Below are positions 35,522 through 43,983 of a stretch of 64,000 nt of DNA, one piece after another. The stretch is from an uncultured Planctomycetia bacterium (GTDB lineage Bacteria > Omnitrophota > Gorgyraeia > Tantalellales > Tantalellaceae), in NCBI GenBank assembly GCA_964421015.1, contig CAYQUS010000001.1, positions 364,726 to 428,725 of the forward strand, given 5' to 3'. The notes beneath the pieces are model-generated. The model saw only the letters and a list, made by a program, of their open reading frames with translations. It made no database searches and had not been told where the DNA came from. A program made the position numbers and the translations under genes. Position 1 is the first letter of the stretch; every line of letters begins with the position of its first letter.

Positions 35522-37101
35522 TTTAACCCCTCTTCATAACACATTTTCCAAGGTTCGTTGATCTCGACCTTGACGATCTCTTTGTTTTGAATGTAAATGC
35601 CCTTAAAGATGATCCTCATGAACGTTTTGACGAGGTAATCCATCTTTTCACTGCTCGGATTGCTCCGTAGGCAAAGCAAAAAGTCCTGCGTTGCCTTGAC
35701 CAGATTCACCGCATTACGCTTTTCAAGGATCTTGATTTGAATCGACTTCACATCCTGACGAAGCTTCTTCTCCTCGTTTCTCAAAAGCTCGGCCCGATCC
35801 TTGTAGATATCAATATTGATCTTGTCCTCCGAGAAAACCTCGTAAAGTCCTTTTTGCTTCTCGATATTTCTGGCGAGATCCTTCTCTTTGCCTTCCAACT
35901 CTTCAATAATCTTATGCTCCGGCTCGGTCGCGCTAAGTTTAATGACGTCGCTCAATTCTTCGATAACATGCAAGTTTTTGCTGATGGTGTCAATGATGTC
36001 CCAAACTTGCTTAGTGAGAACGTCGGCGCGAACCGCCTTATTCGAGCAATTGACATACGACACGCCAAGCGCCGAGCACGCATACCACGGCCGCCTCATC
36101 TTTGTGCGATGATTGCATGTGATCATGAGCCCGCGGTAATTGCGGCCGCATTCATTGCATTTGACCACACCGGACAAGTGATACACATTATTCCGGAAAC
36201 GGACAACCGCATTCGTGCGGTTACGCGCTAAAAGCTTCTGCGCGGCATCGTACATCTCTTGCGTAACAATCGGCTCGTGGGCGTTGGGAACTTCGATCAC
36301 CTTTGACGGATCATTATTGACGTAGCAATACCCTTTGCCCTCGCCATTTTTTGTCTTGCGTTTCTTATCATAATGCCGCCGGTTCCACGTGATCGTGCCC
36401 AAGTAGACCTTGCTATGCAAAATATCTGAAATAAACTTGCCGTAAAACCTGCCACCTTGCCTCGCCGAAACTCCAAGATGATAATAATGCCCGGCGATCT
36501 GCGCGGTGCTCTTACCGCCTAAATATTGATCGTAAATATCTCTGACAATCTTTGCCTCTTCCGGATGAATCTCGAGCTTCTTGGTTTCTTTATTGTGACG
36601 ATAACCATACGGAGCAAAGCGAGCGCCTTGCCAATGCCCGCGCTTAACACCCATGACCATACCCGGGAATACGCGCTCAACCAGACGATTGCGCTCAAAC
36701 TCCGCGCAACTTCCAAGCATCTGGATAGCCATCTTACCTGCGCTGGATGTTGTGTCAAACGGCTCAGTCGCTGACTTATAGCCAATGCCAAGCGTCTCAA
36801 ATTCTTCCAGCAAGCCCAACAGGTCCTTGAGCCGCCTGCTCAAACGATCCTGTTTATACACCAAGACCAGATCGAACATCTTAATCCGCGCATCAAAAAG
36901 AAGCTTCTTGAGCGCCGGTCTGTCCATATTGCCGCCCGAGAAACCATCATCCATGTAAACATCCCGGCCGGACATACTGCAAACAACATCCCAGCCGAAG
37001 TTCTTCGCGTACTGCAACAGATAATTCCTCTGCACCTCCAGCGAAAAACCTTCCCGGGCTTGATCCTCTGTACTGACTCTCGTATATAGTGCGACTTTCA
37101 C
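35422..37101 (-). CDS. Large serine recombinase (resolvase/invertase N-domain plus recombinase and zinc-ribbon domains)
   Basis: 'MKVALYTRVSTEDQ' catalytic Ser; 559 aa; Cys-rich region 'CNECGRNYRGLMITCNHR'. Confidence 0.85.
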   Translation of the reverse strand: MKVALYTRVSTEDQAREGFSLEVQRNYLLQYAKNFGWDVVCSMSGRDVYMDDGFSGGNMDRPALKKLLFDARIKMFDLVLVYKQDRLSRRLKDLLGLLEEFETLGIGYKSATEPFDTTSSAGKMAIQMLGSCAEFERNRLVERVFPGMVMGVKRGHWQGARFAPYGYRHNKETKKLEIHPEEAKIVRDIYDQYLGGKSTAQIAGHYYHLGVSARQGGRFYGKFISDILHSKVYLGTITWNRRHYDKKRKTKNGEGKGYCYVNNDPSKVIEVPNAHEPIVTQEMYDAAQKLLARNRTNAVVRFRNNVYHLSGVVKCNECGRNYRGLMITCNHRTKMRRPWYACSALGVSYVNCSNKAVRADVLTKQVWDIIDTISKNLHVIEELSDVIKLSATEPEHKIIEELEGKEKDLARNIEKQKGLYEVFSEDKINIDIYKDRAELLRNEEKKLRQDVKSIQIKILEKRNAVNLVKATQDFLLCLRSNPSSEKMDYLVKTFMRIIFKGIYIQNKEIVKVEINEPWKMCYEEGLKWQKKSETTPIQANPRASRVMESVYFCAPSDVK

Positions 37102-37322
37102 TATTCTTCCTTTAGCGTCTCACGCCACTCTTTAATCTTGGCGATACACTCGTCCGTAAACACCGGCCAATCTTTGTAATCGCGCTTTGGCTTAACCCAG
37201 CCCTTGCGGATCCAATTGATCATGGTCTGCCGGTGAACGCCCAACATCTTTGCCGTCTCTGTCATGGTGTAAGTTTTCATTTTGGCATCCTCTAATGGTG
37301 CCCAGTATACCGTATTATACAA
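37101..37322 (-). CDS. Small HTH DNA-binding protein (excisionase/AlpA/MerR-like)
   Basis: 'MTETAKMLGVHRQTMINWIRKGWVKPKR' HTH_17-like; it overlaps the recombinase start. Confidence 0.6.
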   Translation of the reverse strand: MYNTVYWAPLEDAKMKTYTMTETAKMLGVHRQTMINWIRKGWVKPKRDYKDWPVFTDECIAKIKEWRETLKEE

Positions 37323-37333
37323 CCCTATACAAG

Positions 37334-37549
37334 CTATTTTATCTTCTCCACGTCATAGCAATTGATGAACATCCTCGACAATAGCTCAATCCCCTCATCA
37401 AACGATTTATGCGCCTCTTGGATTTCAGCACAAGACAAACCACGGCTTTTGAGCTTTATTTCTAAAGCCTCCCAGCCCCGCAGGGTAACCGCCTGATCCT
37501 TATTTGTGCTTGCATCCTTGTCCATTTTTCCTACTGCCCAATAGGACAT
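37334..37549 (-). CDS. Hypothetical 71-aa protein
   Basis: ORF only. The start codon is embedded in a GGACAT repeat/hairpin and no SD is visible, so it is doubtful. Confidence 0.25.
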   Translation of the reverse strand: MSYWAVGKMDKDASTNKDQAVTLRGWEALEIKLKSRGLSCAEIQEAHKSFDEGIELLSRMFINCYDVEKIK

Positions 37550-37763
37550 TCGGACATTTCAAATGTCCGGTTGTGTCCGGTTTTACTGACACACTGACAT
37601 GACTCGTGTCAGTGAATGTCAGTCAAAACACCCTCCAAAACCCATCAAATACCCAATAATTGACGCTTTTTCCGCAAAAAACGCCTATTTTGCGCCTTCT
37701 TGACCTCATTCTGACGCTCTCCCGATAACCCCATATGACATGACATCGCTTTTTGAAATTTTG

Positions 37764-37828
37764 TATCACTGACAGAGCGCGCCTCGCCCGACCCTCGGCC
37801 GACACCCCCTTCCAAGGACCCGCGAACC
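37764..37828. repeat. Direct repeat A (about 65 bp, roughly 80% identical to 57044-57106)
   Basis: Shared blocks tatcactg...cgcgcctcgcccgaccctc...ttccaaggaccc..gaacc. Confidence 0.7.
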
Positions 37829-37968
37829 GGCATCGAGCAACCAGTGACAACAATGACATTTTTTCTCACGGTTATCTTCTTACTTTCCACACTCAACCCC
37901 TTTGCTCCTTACTCTTAACCTACGAACACAATTAATGAAAATTCCTGTCATAATCGTCATAGCCGTCA

Positions 37969-40098
37969 CTAAAACGGCCGCTCCGAATAATCGACCTCAC
38001 CCTCCCTGCGGACGCGTATGCCGTCCCACCGGCGAGACGCGCCACAACGCCCCTTGTTAACCGAAGGATATTGACGCAACAACTCCCGGCCAAACATGAT
38101 CTTGCTAAGCGGCCGGTACTCACTCTCAAGACACCAGTCCCGATAAGCCACATACAAGGCGTCACTGCCCACATCCGCTTGAGCGTCTAAAACACATTGC
38201 TCCTCAACGAAAATAATGACGTTATTGTTCTCCTTGCGATAGGCGTCCTTCACGGTCTGCATGGACGCGCTCTCCTCAAAATACCCGCGCTTCCTTAATC
38301 GCGTAAGACCGTTAAGCGACCACAAGAAGATCCCGTCCAGCTCGCTGGCCACAATCTTGTGCTTTAGCTTGGGATCACGTTCCTCTATGGAAAACTGCCG
38401 ATTAAACGGAAGGATTAAAAGACGCCGGTAATACCCCTCGGTCTTATCCCCGACGCGCGGCATGTTATTGGTTGAGAAAAGAAGCTTGCAGTAAGGTTTG
38501 AATTGAAACGGTTGGCCGTATTTTTCGTCAGCGGAGATCGTATCGCCGGTCACGATCGCCTTAAACATATTGTCATAGACATTGGTCTTGGCATTGGTTT
38601 CAAGGCTGATATTGACTAATTTGTCCCGAAGCCGGGCGATGTAATGGGAATCGTTAAACTTCTCAAGCGGGATGGATGAACAATTGTCCTTGCCAATAAG
38701 CTCCTCAAGCACATACAAAACAACGCTCTTGCCGTTGGCCCCCTCGCCAAAGAGAAAAAGCGCCTTTTCATAATCATTGTCCCGGGTCAGGCAATAGCCG
38801 AAATACTCCTGCAAGAGCATGATCCGGGCCGCGTCGCTCTCAAAGATCTGATCCAGACTTTTCTGCCACAACAAACATTCGGCGTTCTCGCGGTATGTCA
38901 CATTTAGCTGATTAATGGAATAGACATCCGCCGAATGCGGCAAGAGCTTCATCTTGTCGATGTCATAAAGCCCGTTTTTGACATTAAAGAGCGTGATGCC
39001 ATTGATGATGTCCGGCTTAACAAAAGTCTCTGTCTTAAGCGCGACAAGAACATTGCGAAGCCTGCTTGCTGAAAAACCAGCCCCGCACGCGTCCTTGATC
39101 CACTTCTGCACCTCCTCGACAAACAGCGGCCGGTAACATCCGCCTTTGTATTCATAATAGGTATCAGCGAAGTTGATCAGCCGGTGATGCTTGAGAATCT
39201 CGTCAGCGATTTCATTGGCATTAACTTTTCGTGCGATAAGCAGACTTGGCCGCGACGGCGCATAGACTTCCCGGCAATCATTGACCGCTTTTTCGATGAC
39301 AGATTGTCCATATGTCCGGCCATCGCCAAAATGCTTCTCGTCCCACTTGGGCCGCATGAGTCCGGACTGGCGAAAGAGCGAATCCATCTGCCCGGCGTCC
39401 TTGCCCGTCCAGAAGGCCAGCTTATTGCATAACGCCAGATCCGCTTCGCTTTGAGAGGGATAATCGTTCTGCCACTGGCCGGAATAGAGCCGCTGAAACC
39501 TCTCCGCGTCTTTGCTTTTGGCGATCAAGGAAAGAATGTCGTCCGCGGGCACTTTATCTACATACCGGCCGAATATCTCTTTAAGCGCTTCGGTGCATTC
39601 ATTAAGCTCAGCCGGATAATTTTCAAGACGGTTGCCGGTAACGGTAAAGAATCGACCCTTCGTATAAATCTCCAAGCCGATCTTTGAAATCTTGCAGGCC
39701 CGGGCGATCTTGCCTTTACAAAGGATATGAACACCTGTGCCGCTTGGCGAATACTCGGAATATGAATTAAGCGCGCTTAAAATTTCTACCGCATACGGCG
39801 CGATCGCTCCGTCCTTGACGCAGTGGTCGATATCCACACCTACATACGGCGGCTGAAATACAAAGCCCACCCCCGCATACCCGCGCTGAAACGCAAGGTC
39901 GCTTGCAGTCGTATAATCCGTCCATGTCCTTGGATCGTTTGTTTTGGCAGGACGTCCGGTCAGGACGTTCATCGGGACCTTGTCGGTGCGGTCTTTATTT
40001 CGCCTGAGTTGATAACCAACCCAACAAGGCAATTTGAGCAATTCCTGAGGAATGACCTCTTCGATCTTTCTCTTCTCTTTTCTTCTCTCGTCTTCCAT
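37969..40098 (-). CDS. Bifunctional primase-polymerase (PrimPol) / D5_N / P4-family SF3 helicase replication protein
   Basis: 'VGFVFQPPYVGVDIDHC' Prim-Pol DxD motif; 'LFGEGANGKSV' P4/D5-type Walker A; 709 aa. Confidence 0.8.
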   Translation of the reverse strand: MEDERRKEKRKIEEVIPQELLKLPCWVGYQLRRNKDRTDKVPMNVLTGRPAKTNDPRTWTDYTTASDLAFQRGYAGVGFVFQPPYVGVDIDHCVKDGAIAPYAVEILSALNSYSEYSPSGTGVHILCKGKIARACKISKIGLEIYTKGRFFTVTGNRLENYPAELNECTEALKEIFGRYVDKVPADDILSLIAKSKDAERFQRLYSGQWQNDYPSQSEADLALCNKLAFWTGKDAGQMDSLFRQSGLMRPKWDEKHFGDGRTYGQSVIEKAVNDCREVYAPSRPSLLIARKVNANEIADEILKHHRLINFADTYYEYKGGCYRPLFVEEVQKWIKDACGAGFSASRLRNVLVALKTETFVKPDIINGITLFNVKNGLYDIDKMKLLPHSADVYSINQLNVTYRENAECLLWQKSLDQIFESDAARIMLLQEYFGYCLTRDNDYEKALFLFGEGANGKSVVLYVLEELIGKDNCSSIPLEKFNDSHYIARLRDKLVNISLETNAKTNVYDNMFKAIVTGDTISADEKYGQPFQFKPYCKLLFSTNNMPRVGDKTEGYYRRLLILPFNRQFSIEERDPKLKHKIVASELDGIFLWSLNGLTRLRKRGYFEESASMQTVKDAYRKENNNVIIFVEEQCVLDAQADVGSDALYVAYRDWCLESEYRPLSKIMFGRELLRQYPSVNKGRCGASRRWDGIRVRREGEVDYSERPF

Positions 40099-40100
40099 CG

Positions 40101-40331
40101 TTACACTCCGTTTTGAAATAGATAATCTTTAACCCTTCGATAACAATCGAACAGCTTGCGCGCCTCTGAATCGGCATAAAAGTCCTCGCAGGCTTTATGA
40201 ACAGCCTGGATGTCATCAAACAAGACCCGTTTAAGCCTCCCCGAGCCCTCAATCCCCCGCATGGCAAACCCGCAATACAGTAAGTAGGTAGCCAGATAGA
40301 GATTCCCTGCCTCAAAATGCTTGTTTTTCAT
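40101..40331 (-). CDS. Hypothetical 76-aa protein upstream of the primase
   Basis: ORF only; its stop abuts the primase start. Confidence 0.3.
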   Translation of the reverse strand: MKNKHFEAGNLYLATYLLYCGFAMRGIEGSGRLKRVLFDDIQAVHKACEDFYADSEARKLFDCYRRVKDYLFQNGV

Positions 40332-40344
40332 GGTTTCAATGCCT

Positions 40345-40830
40345 CCTACTAGCTACATACGCAATGTTTTGGGAAACTGACGAAAATATTTTCATTTTTT
40401 TGACCCTCTACTAGCTACATACGACGTTTTTGGTAAACCTGCCGGAAATATTTTCACTTTCTTCACTAATTTCACTCCCCTAAGCGTATATTCCGGATTT
40501 TTCCGGGAAGTGTCGGAACTTTCTGCCCCCTCATAGGTGATTACGCAAAATTTCCAAAGTGTCGATGCTTTTGGCCAACTATTTTTGCCTTCCATAGGTG
40601 AAGACGATATTTTTCTCAAAGTGTCGGGGCCCTCTACCATAGGTATTACGTTTTCGGGTCCAAAATTTCGCATAATCCTTCAACTTTCCTTCCCCAAGAC
40701 GTATATACGACCTTTTTTGCCAAAGTGTCCCACCCCTCACCTATTAACACGCAAAAAATCGAAAAGTGTAACACCCCTCATGCCCTCCCATAGATGATTA
40801 CAGGAAAAATCCGAAAGTGTCGGGGCTAAA
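40345..40830. repeat. Iteron-like repeat array (putative replication origin)
   Basis: Two 62-bp tandem units starting with ctactagctacatacg (40345, 40407), then at least six spaced copies of AAAGTGTC(G/C) with a CATAGGTGATTACG sub-motif (40507, 40546, 40618, 40722, 40762, 40814). Confidence 0.65.
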
Positions 40831-41143
40831 AATAAAAAAAACCATTCCCGGCCAATTGACTGGAAATGGCTTTTCCCGCACAGGCGGAACAGTGATCAGC
40901 TGTCCCGTAAGTCTATATTGATTTTATAACAGCGCGAATCTTTCTTTAGCCCAAATAATGACAGCGAAGCTGGCATTATTTGCCCGAAGGGTCGGCCGAT
41001 AAAATCGCCAGATTTTATCGAAGCCGAGGCAATCCCGAAAAATGCACTATCTATATTTTAATCCAGCCATTTTTCGGGGCAAGGGGGTCGTTACTACAAA
41101 TTGGTAATAATTCGGAGAGGGCTAAAAACGGAGATTTTGAAGC

Positions 41144-41524
41144 TTAATCTTCATGCTCAAGAGGCTTGTCCGGGATCATGTCATAAACCATAGTCTGAAT
41201 CTCATATTCAAACCAGTCCTGAAACACCTTCCAAGACCTGTCTTTGGGCCACATTTCAGGATCCGTATACCAGCCGCCAAGCTCGTGCTCAAATATTTCT
41301 ACGCAATGCTTCTTCAGAAACTTTGCGTACTTCTCGTTTTCCTCATAAGCCGGGATCAGATACACATGCTTTGAATCAAAACCTTCGGTTTCAACCTCAT
41401 CCGGCTTCATCTCATGCTCAGGCCCGTCATATTCCTTGCTGGTGTAGACCAGCCAGTCAATGAACGGCTTCTTGAGCTTGACGATCAAAGCGGCGCGATT
41501 GATATCAGGAAATTCTTCTAACAT
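41144..41524 (-). CDS. Hypothetical 126-aa acidic protein, last gene of the coupled operon
   Basis: ORF only; the hairpin cgataaaatc-gccag-gattttatcg (40980-41010) lies downstream. Confidence 0.4.
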   Translation of the reverse strand: MLEEFPDINRAALIVKLKKPFIDWLVYTSKEYDGPEHEMKPDEVETEGFDSKHVYLIPAYEENEKYAKFLKKHCVEIFEHELGGWYTDPEMWPKDRSWKVFQDWFEYEIQTMVYDMIPDKPLEHED

Positions 41525-41531
41525 AATACCC

Positions 41532-42122
41532 TCATTCTAAGCGTAAGAAGGCTGAAACTGTGCCGTCAGCATTTAAATCCCAGAAACGTGGCATGCGAGG
41601 TTTTAGCTTGCCATCGGGAGTTATATCTGCGCCAAAGATTTCACCTTCAATTATTGCTAACCGTTTAAGATTATCTTGAGCCAGTGAAGAAAAATCAATG
41701 CCGCTAACTTTTGGACTCATGTGATGGACGTCATTGCGGTAACTACCATATATGCCCCTTGCGGAATCAGCGCATGATTTTGATATTGTTTCATTTTGCT
41801 CTAACTCGTTAATCAGTTCTTCTATTGATTTCGCTCCGCCGTCACCCATATTTTTATTCAACCCGATTCGGCCTGCAATAAACACGATAATACCCTCATT
41901 AATGCTATGGCTCATCATTACTGCGGCAATAAAATGACCGTCGCGGTACAAATTAATACACTCTGCTGATGCCGCGGCGAAATGATGATTACCAATTATC
42001 CATTGATGTCCAATCTCTATGTATCTGTCGACTCGCTGATTGACTGAAGAATTAAAATCAGAGATTATCGCTTCTTTGACTTGTTGCATTTTTATTGCTT
42101 TCTGAATATCTGAATTTTGCAT
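41532..42122 (-). CDS. Hypothetical 196-aa protein, possible HEPN-like (weak)
   Basis: 'GSYRNDVHHM' fits an Rx4H pattern; otherwise unassigned. Confidence 0.35.
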   Translation of the reverse strand: MQNSDIQKAIKMQQVKEAIISDFNSSVNQRVDRYIEIGHQWIIGNHHFAAASAECINLYRDGHFIAAVMMSHSINEGIIVFIAGRIGLNKNMGDGGAKSIEELINELEQNETISKSCADSARGIYGSYRNDVHHMSPKVSGIDFSSLAQDNLKRLAIIEGEIFGADITPDGKLKPRMPRFWDLNADGTVSAFLRLE

Positions 42123-42123
42123 A

Positions 42124-43149
42124 TTAATTACATAAATTTATATCACTAAATACCTGACACCCGCCCCTGCACACCGAGAAATGCAAACAGGTTTTGCATT
42201 TTTCGGAAGCCAGCTTATTCCGCATATTAAGAAATATCGCGCTATTCTGCCAAGCATTCACAATCGATGACCGCTTAAGATCAACACCCTTGACTTTACG
42301 CTCCATAAATGAACATGGATACAGCATTAAATCTTCAGAAATAAAAGCAGAAAAACATCCCGCTTCACAAGCTTCCACCGAAACAGGATTGTACTCAAGA
42401 TGCGTAACGATACCTGGAACACAACAACTATCAAAGCCAATCTTTATCTTGGAATTGTTGACTAGTGAAAAGAAAAAGTCAACTTCGGGAGACATTTTTA
42501 GCATATCTGAACAGCTACCTTTACCAGCAGGTTTGAATAATAAGAATATCAAAGCATTGACTCCTGCAATTTTCTTGACATCGGCTGTCAGAAGTCTTAT
42601 TGCAGACTCAATCGAATTAGCAGATAACACAAAATGAATATTTGTTTTAATTCCGGAGTTTATTAATTTGTGAAGATTGAAATAGAATTGGCTTTCCGGC
42701 TCATAAAAACTGATCGCCACTGCTCCGCAATATTTCTTGGAAGCGAGAATGATATTTTCTGTTAAGCCGTCGCCATTCGTGGTATATGAAGGAACAATAT
42801 TGTACTTATCGCGGGTTACCTCAAGAATCTTTTCAAAGCTTGAATGCTGATTCGGGTTCCCGCCACCAAGAGCTATTTGTAGGACACCGCAGTCCTTCGC
42901 CTGTCTCAAAATATATTCATAATCAGCAAATGGCATCTCTTTCCCGGCTTTTGACGACGCCCTATAGCAGAAAGAACAGCTTCTTTCACAATAGTTTGTT
43001 ATCGATACATCAAGAAGCTCGGGACCATGAGCTGAGTATATTGGTTCTGATGAATTGCTATCTTCAACGCGCGCAAAAAACCCGGTATTTTGGTTAAAAA
43101 TTACGGAATATTTTTGCTCGTCATATCTCTTAAGCAATAAAGAGTTCAT
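42124..43149 (-). CDS. Radical SAM protein with C-terminal SPASM/twitch-like Cys cluster
   Basis: 'NYCERSCSFCY' CxxxCxxC motif; C-terminal 'CKTCLHFSVCRGGCQVFSDINLC'; 341 aa. Confidence 0.8.
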   Translation of the reverse strand: MNSLLLKRYDEQKYSVIFNQNTGFFARVEDSNSSEPIYSAHGPELLDVSITNYCERSCSFCYRASSKAGKEMPFADYEYILRQAKDCGVLQIALGGGNPNQHSSFEKILEVTRDKYNIVPSYTTNGDGLTENIILASKKYCGAVAISFYEPESQFYFNLHKLINSGIKTNIHFVLSANSIESAIRLLTADVKKIAGVNALIFLLFKPAGKGSCSDMLKMSPEVDFFFSLVNNSKIKIGFDSCCVPGIVTHLEYNPVSVEACEAGCFSAFISEDLMLYPCSFMERKVKGVDLKRSSIVNAWQNSAIFLNMRNKLASEKCKTCLHFSVCRGGCQVFSDINLCN

Positions 43150-43151
43150 GC

Positions 43152-43574
43152 TTACCAGCTTGAATTTGTAGCATCAATATAAATATTTTTTCCTTCAATC
43201 TTAAAAGAGTCACAACAAACAAATGTTTCTAATGCATTTACATCTGAAGATAAAGTTCCGAAATACAAGGAATCGCCATGCGCTTTAGCACACTTTATTT
43301 TTCCGACTAAGTCTGCAGAAAAAACATCAGCAATAAAAACATCCCATTGCCTGCCCTTGTTCCAGCGATGAGAAGCAACTGCCGCATCGAACGGCTCCAT
43401 ATTTGAAGCGAACATTTTAAACAACTCTAAAAACATGGGATAAACCGGAGATTTCTTATTGATGCCAACGCATTTCATGAATTGATCCTCTGTAAATTCC
43501 TGACCTTTTTTCAGGACCACAACAAAACATGTAGATGAGCTATTTGTAACGAAATCAAACTTTATTTTCATCAC
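43152..43574 (-). CDS. Hypothetical 140-aa protein
   Basis: ORF, translationally coupled (20-nt overlap with the upstream gene). Confidence 0.4.
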   Translation of the reverse strand: MMKIKFDFVTNSSSTCFVVVLKKGQEFTEDQFMKCVGINKKSPVYPMFLELFKMFASNMEPFDAAVASHRWNKGRQWDVFIADVFSADLVGKIKCAKAHGDSLYFGTLSSDVNALETFVCCDSFKIEGKNIYIDATNSSW

Positions 43575-43983
43575 GCACTCCTAGCACAGAATTTAATATA
43601 TTCAGGGCGCCATCGGAACTCATGGTGAACATTTCTAAATTGTAATCCCCTGTAACGTGCTCTTTGCGCCACAGCAACACAGTATTCTTGTGTTTTAATA
43701 ATTTTTCCGCTCCGGCTACCGCCACATCGTCCGGAAGACAATACTTTTTTTGAAGGAATTCACTAAATGACCCGTATTCACGACTGTGATAATTTCTATA
43801 CTCATCACGCAAATCGACCGTTTCCGAAAAAAAGCAGTCATAGACTCTGCTTAATAGCCTTCCCGCAAAACTGTTGCGCCCAACCCGCATTGCTCTTAAG
43901 AATCTCCCCTTGCTGATATTCTTTACAACATGAAAAATATACGCCTTGTTATGGTCTTTCTTGTATTCGTAATGAATCATCAA
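43555..43983 (-). CDS. Hypothetical 142-aa protein
   Basis: ORF; ATGA overlap with the NACHT gene. Confidence 0.4.
   Translation of the reverse strand: MMIHYEYKKDHNKAYIFHVVKNISKGRFLRAMRVGRNSFAGRLLSRVYDCFFSETVDLRDEYRNYHSREYGSFSEFLQKKYCLPDDVAVAGAEKLLKHKNTVLLWRKEHVTGDYNLEMFTMSSDGALNILNSVLGVRDENKV

Noticed and set aside
37764-37828. The direct repeat as a tRNA 3'-fragment att site
   Set aside because: No T-loop (GGTTCGANTCC) or acceptor/CCA features are present. The element uses a serine, not a tyrosine, recombinase, and the repeat lies inside the element relative to the int gene.
37623-37896. Small overlapping ORFs (37623-37859, 37645-37896, 37753-37935) and 56834-57103 / 57046-57306 in the island border regions
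   Set aside because: They sit inside repeat-rich non-coding borders. Their similar translations (..TPFQGP..) simply reflect the 65-bp DNA direct repeat. No SD or codon-usage support.
40345-40830. Possible CRISPR array (tandem repeats with intervening unique sequence)
   Set aside because: The repeat units are imperfect, differ in length and have irregular spacing (40-104 bp). There is no cas gene nearby. The position upstream of a primase gene fits an iteron origin.
42124-43149. Radical SAM protein as a prokaryotic viperin (pVip)
   Set aside because: The CxxxCxxC is offset 50 aa from the N-terminus and the protein ends in a multi-Cys SPASM/twitch-like cluster. Viperins lack SPASM and have a distinct C-terminal NTP-binding extension.
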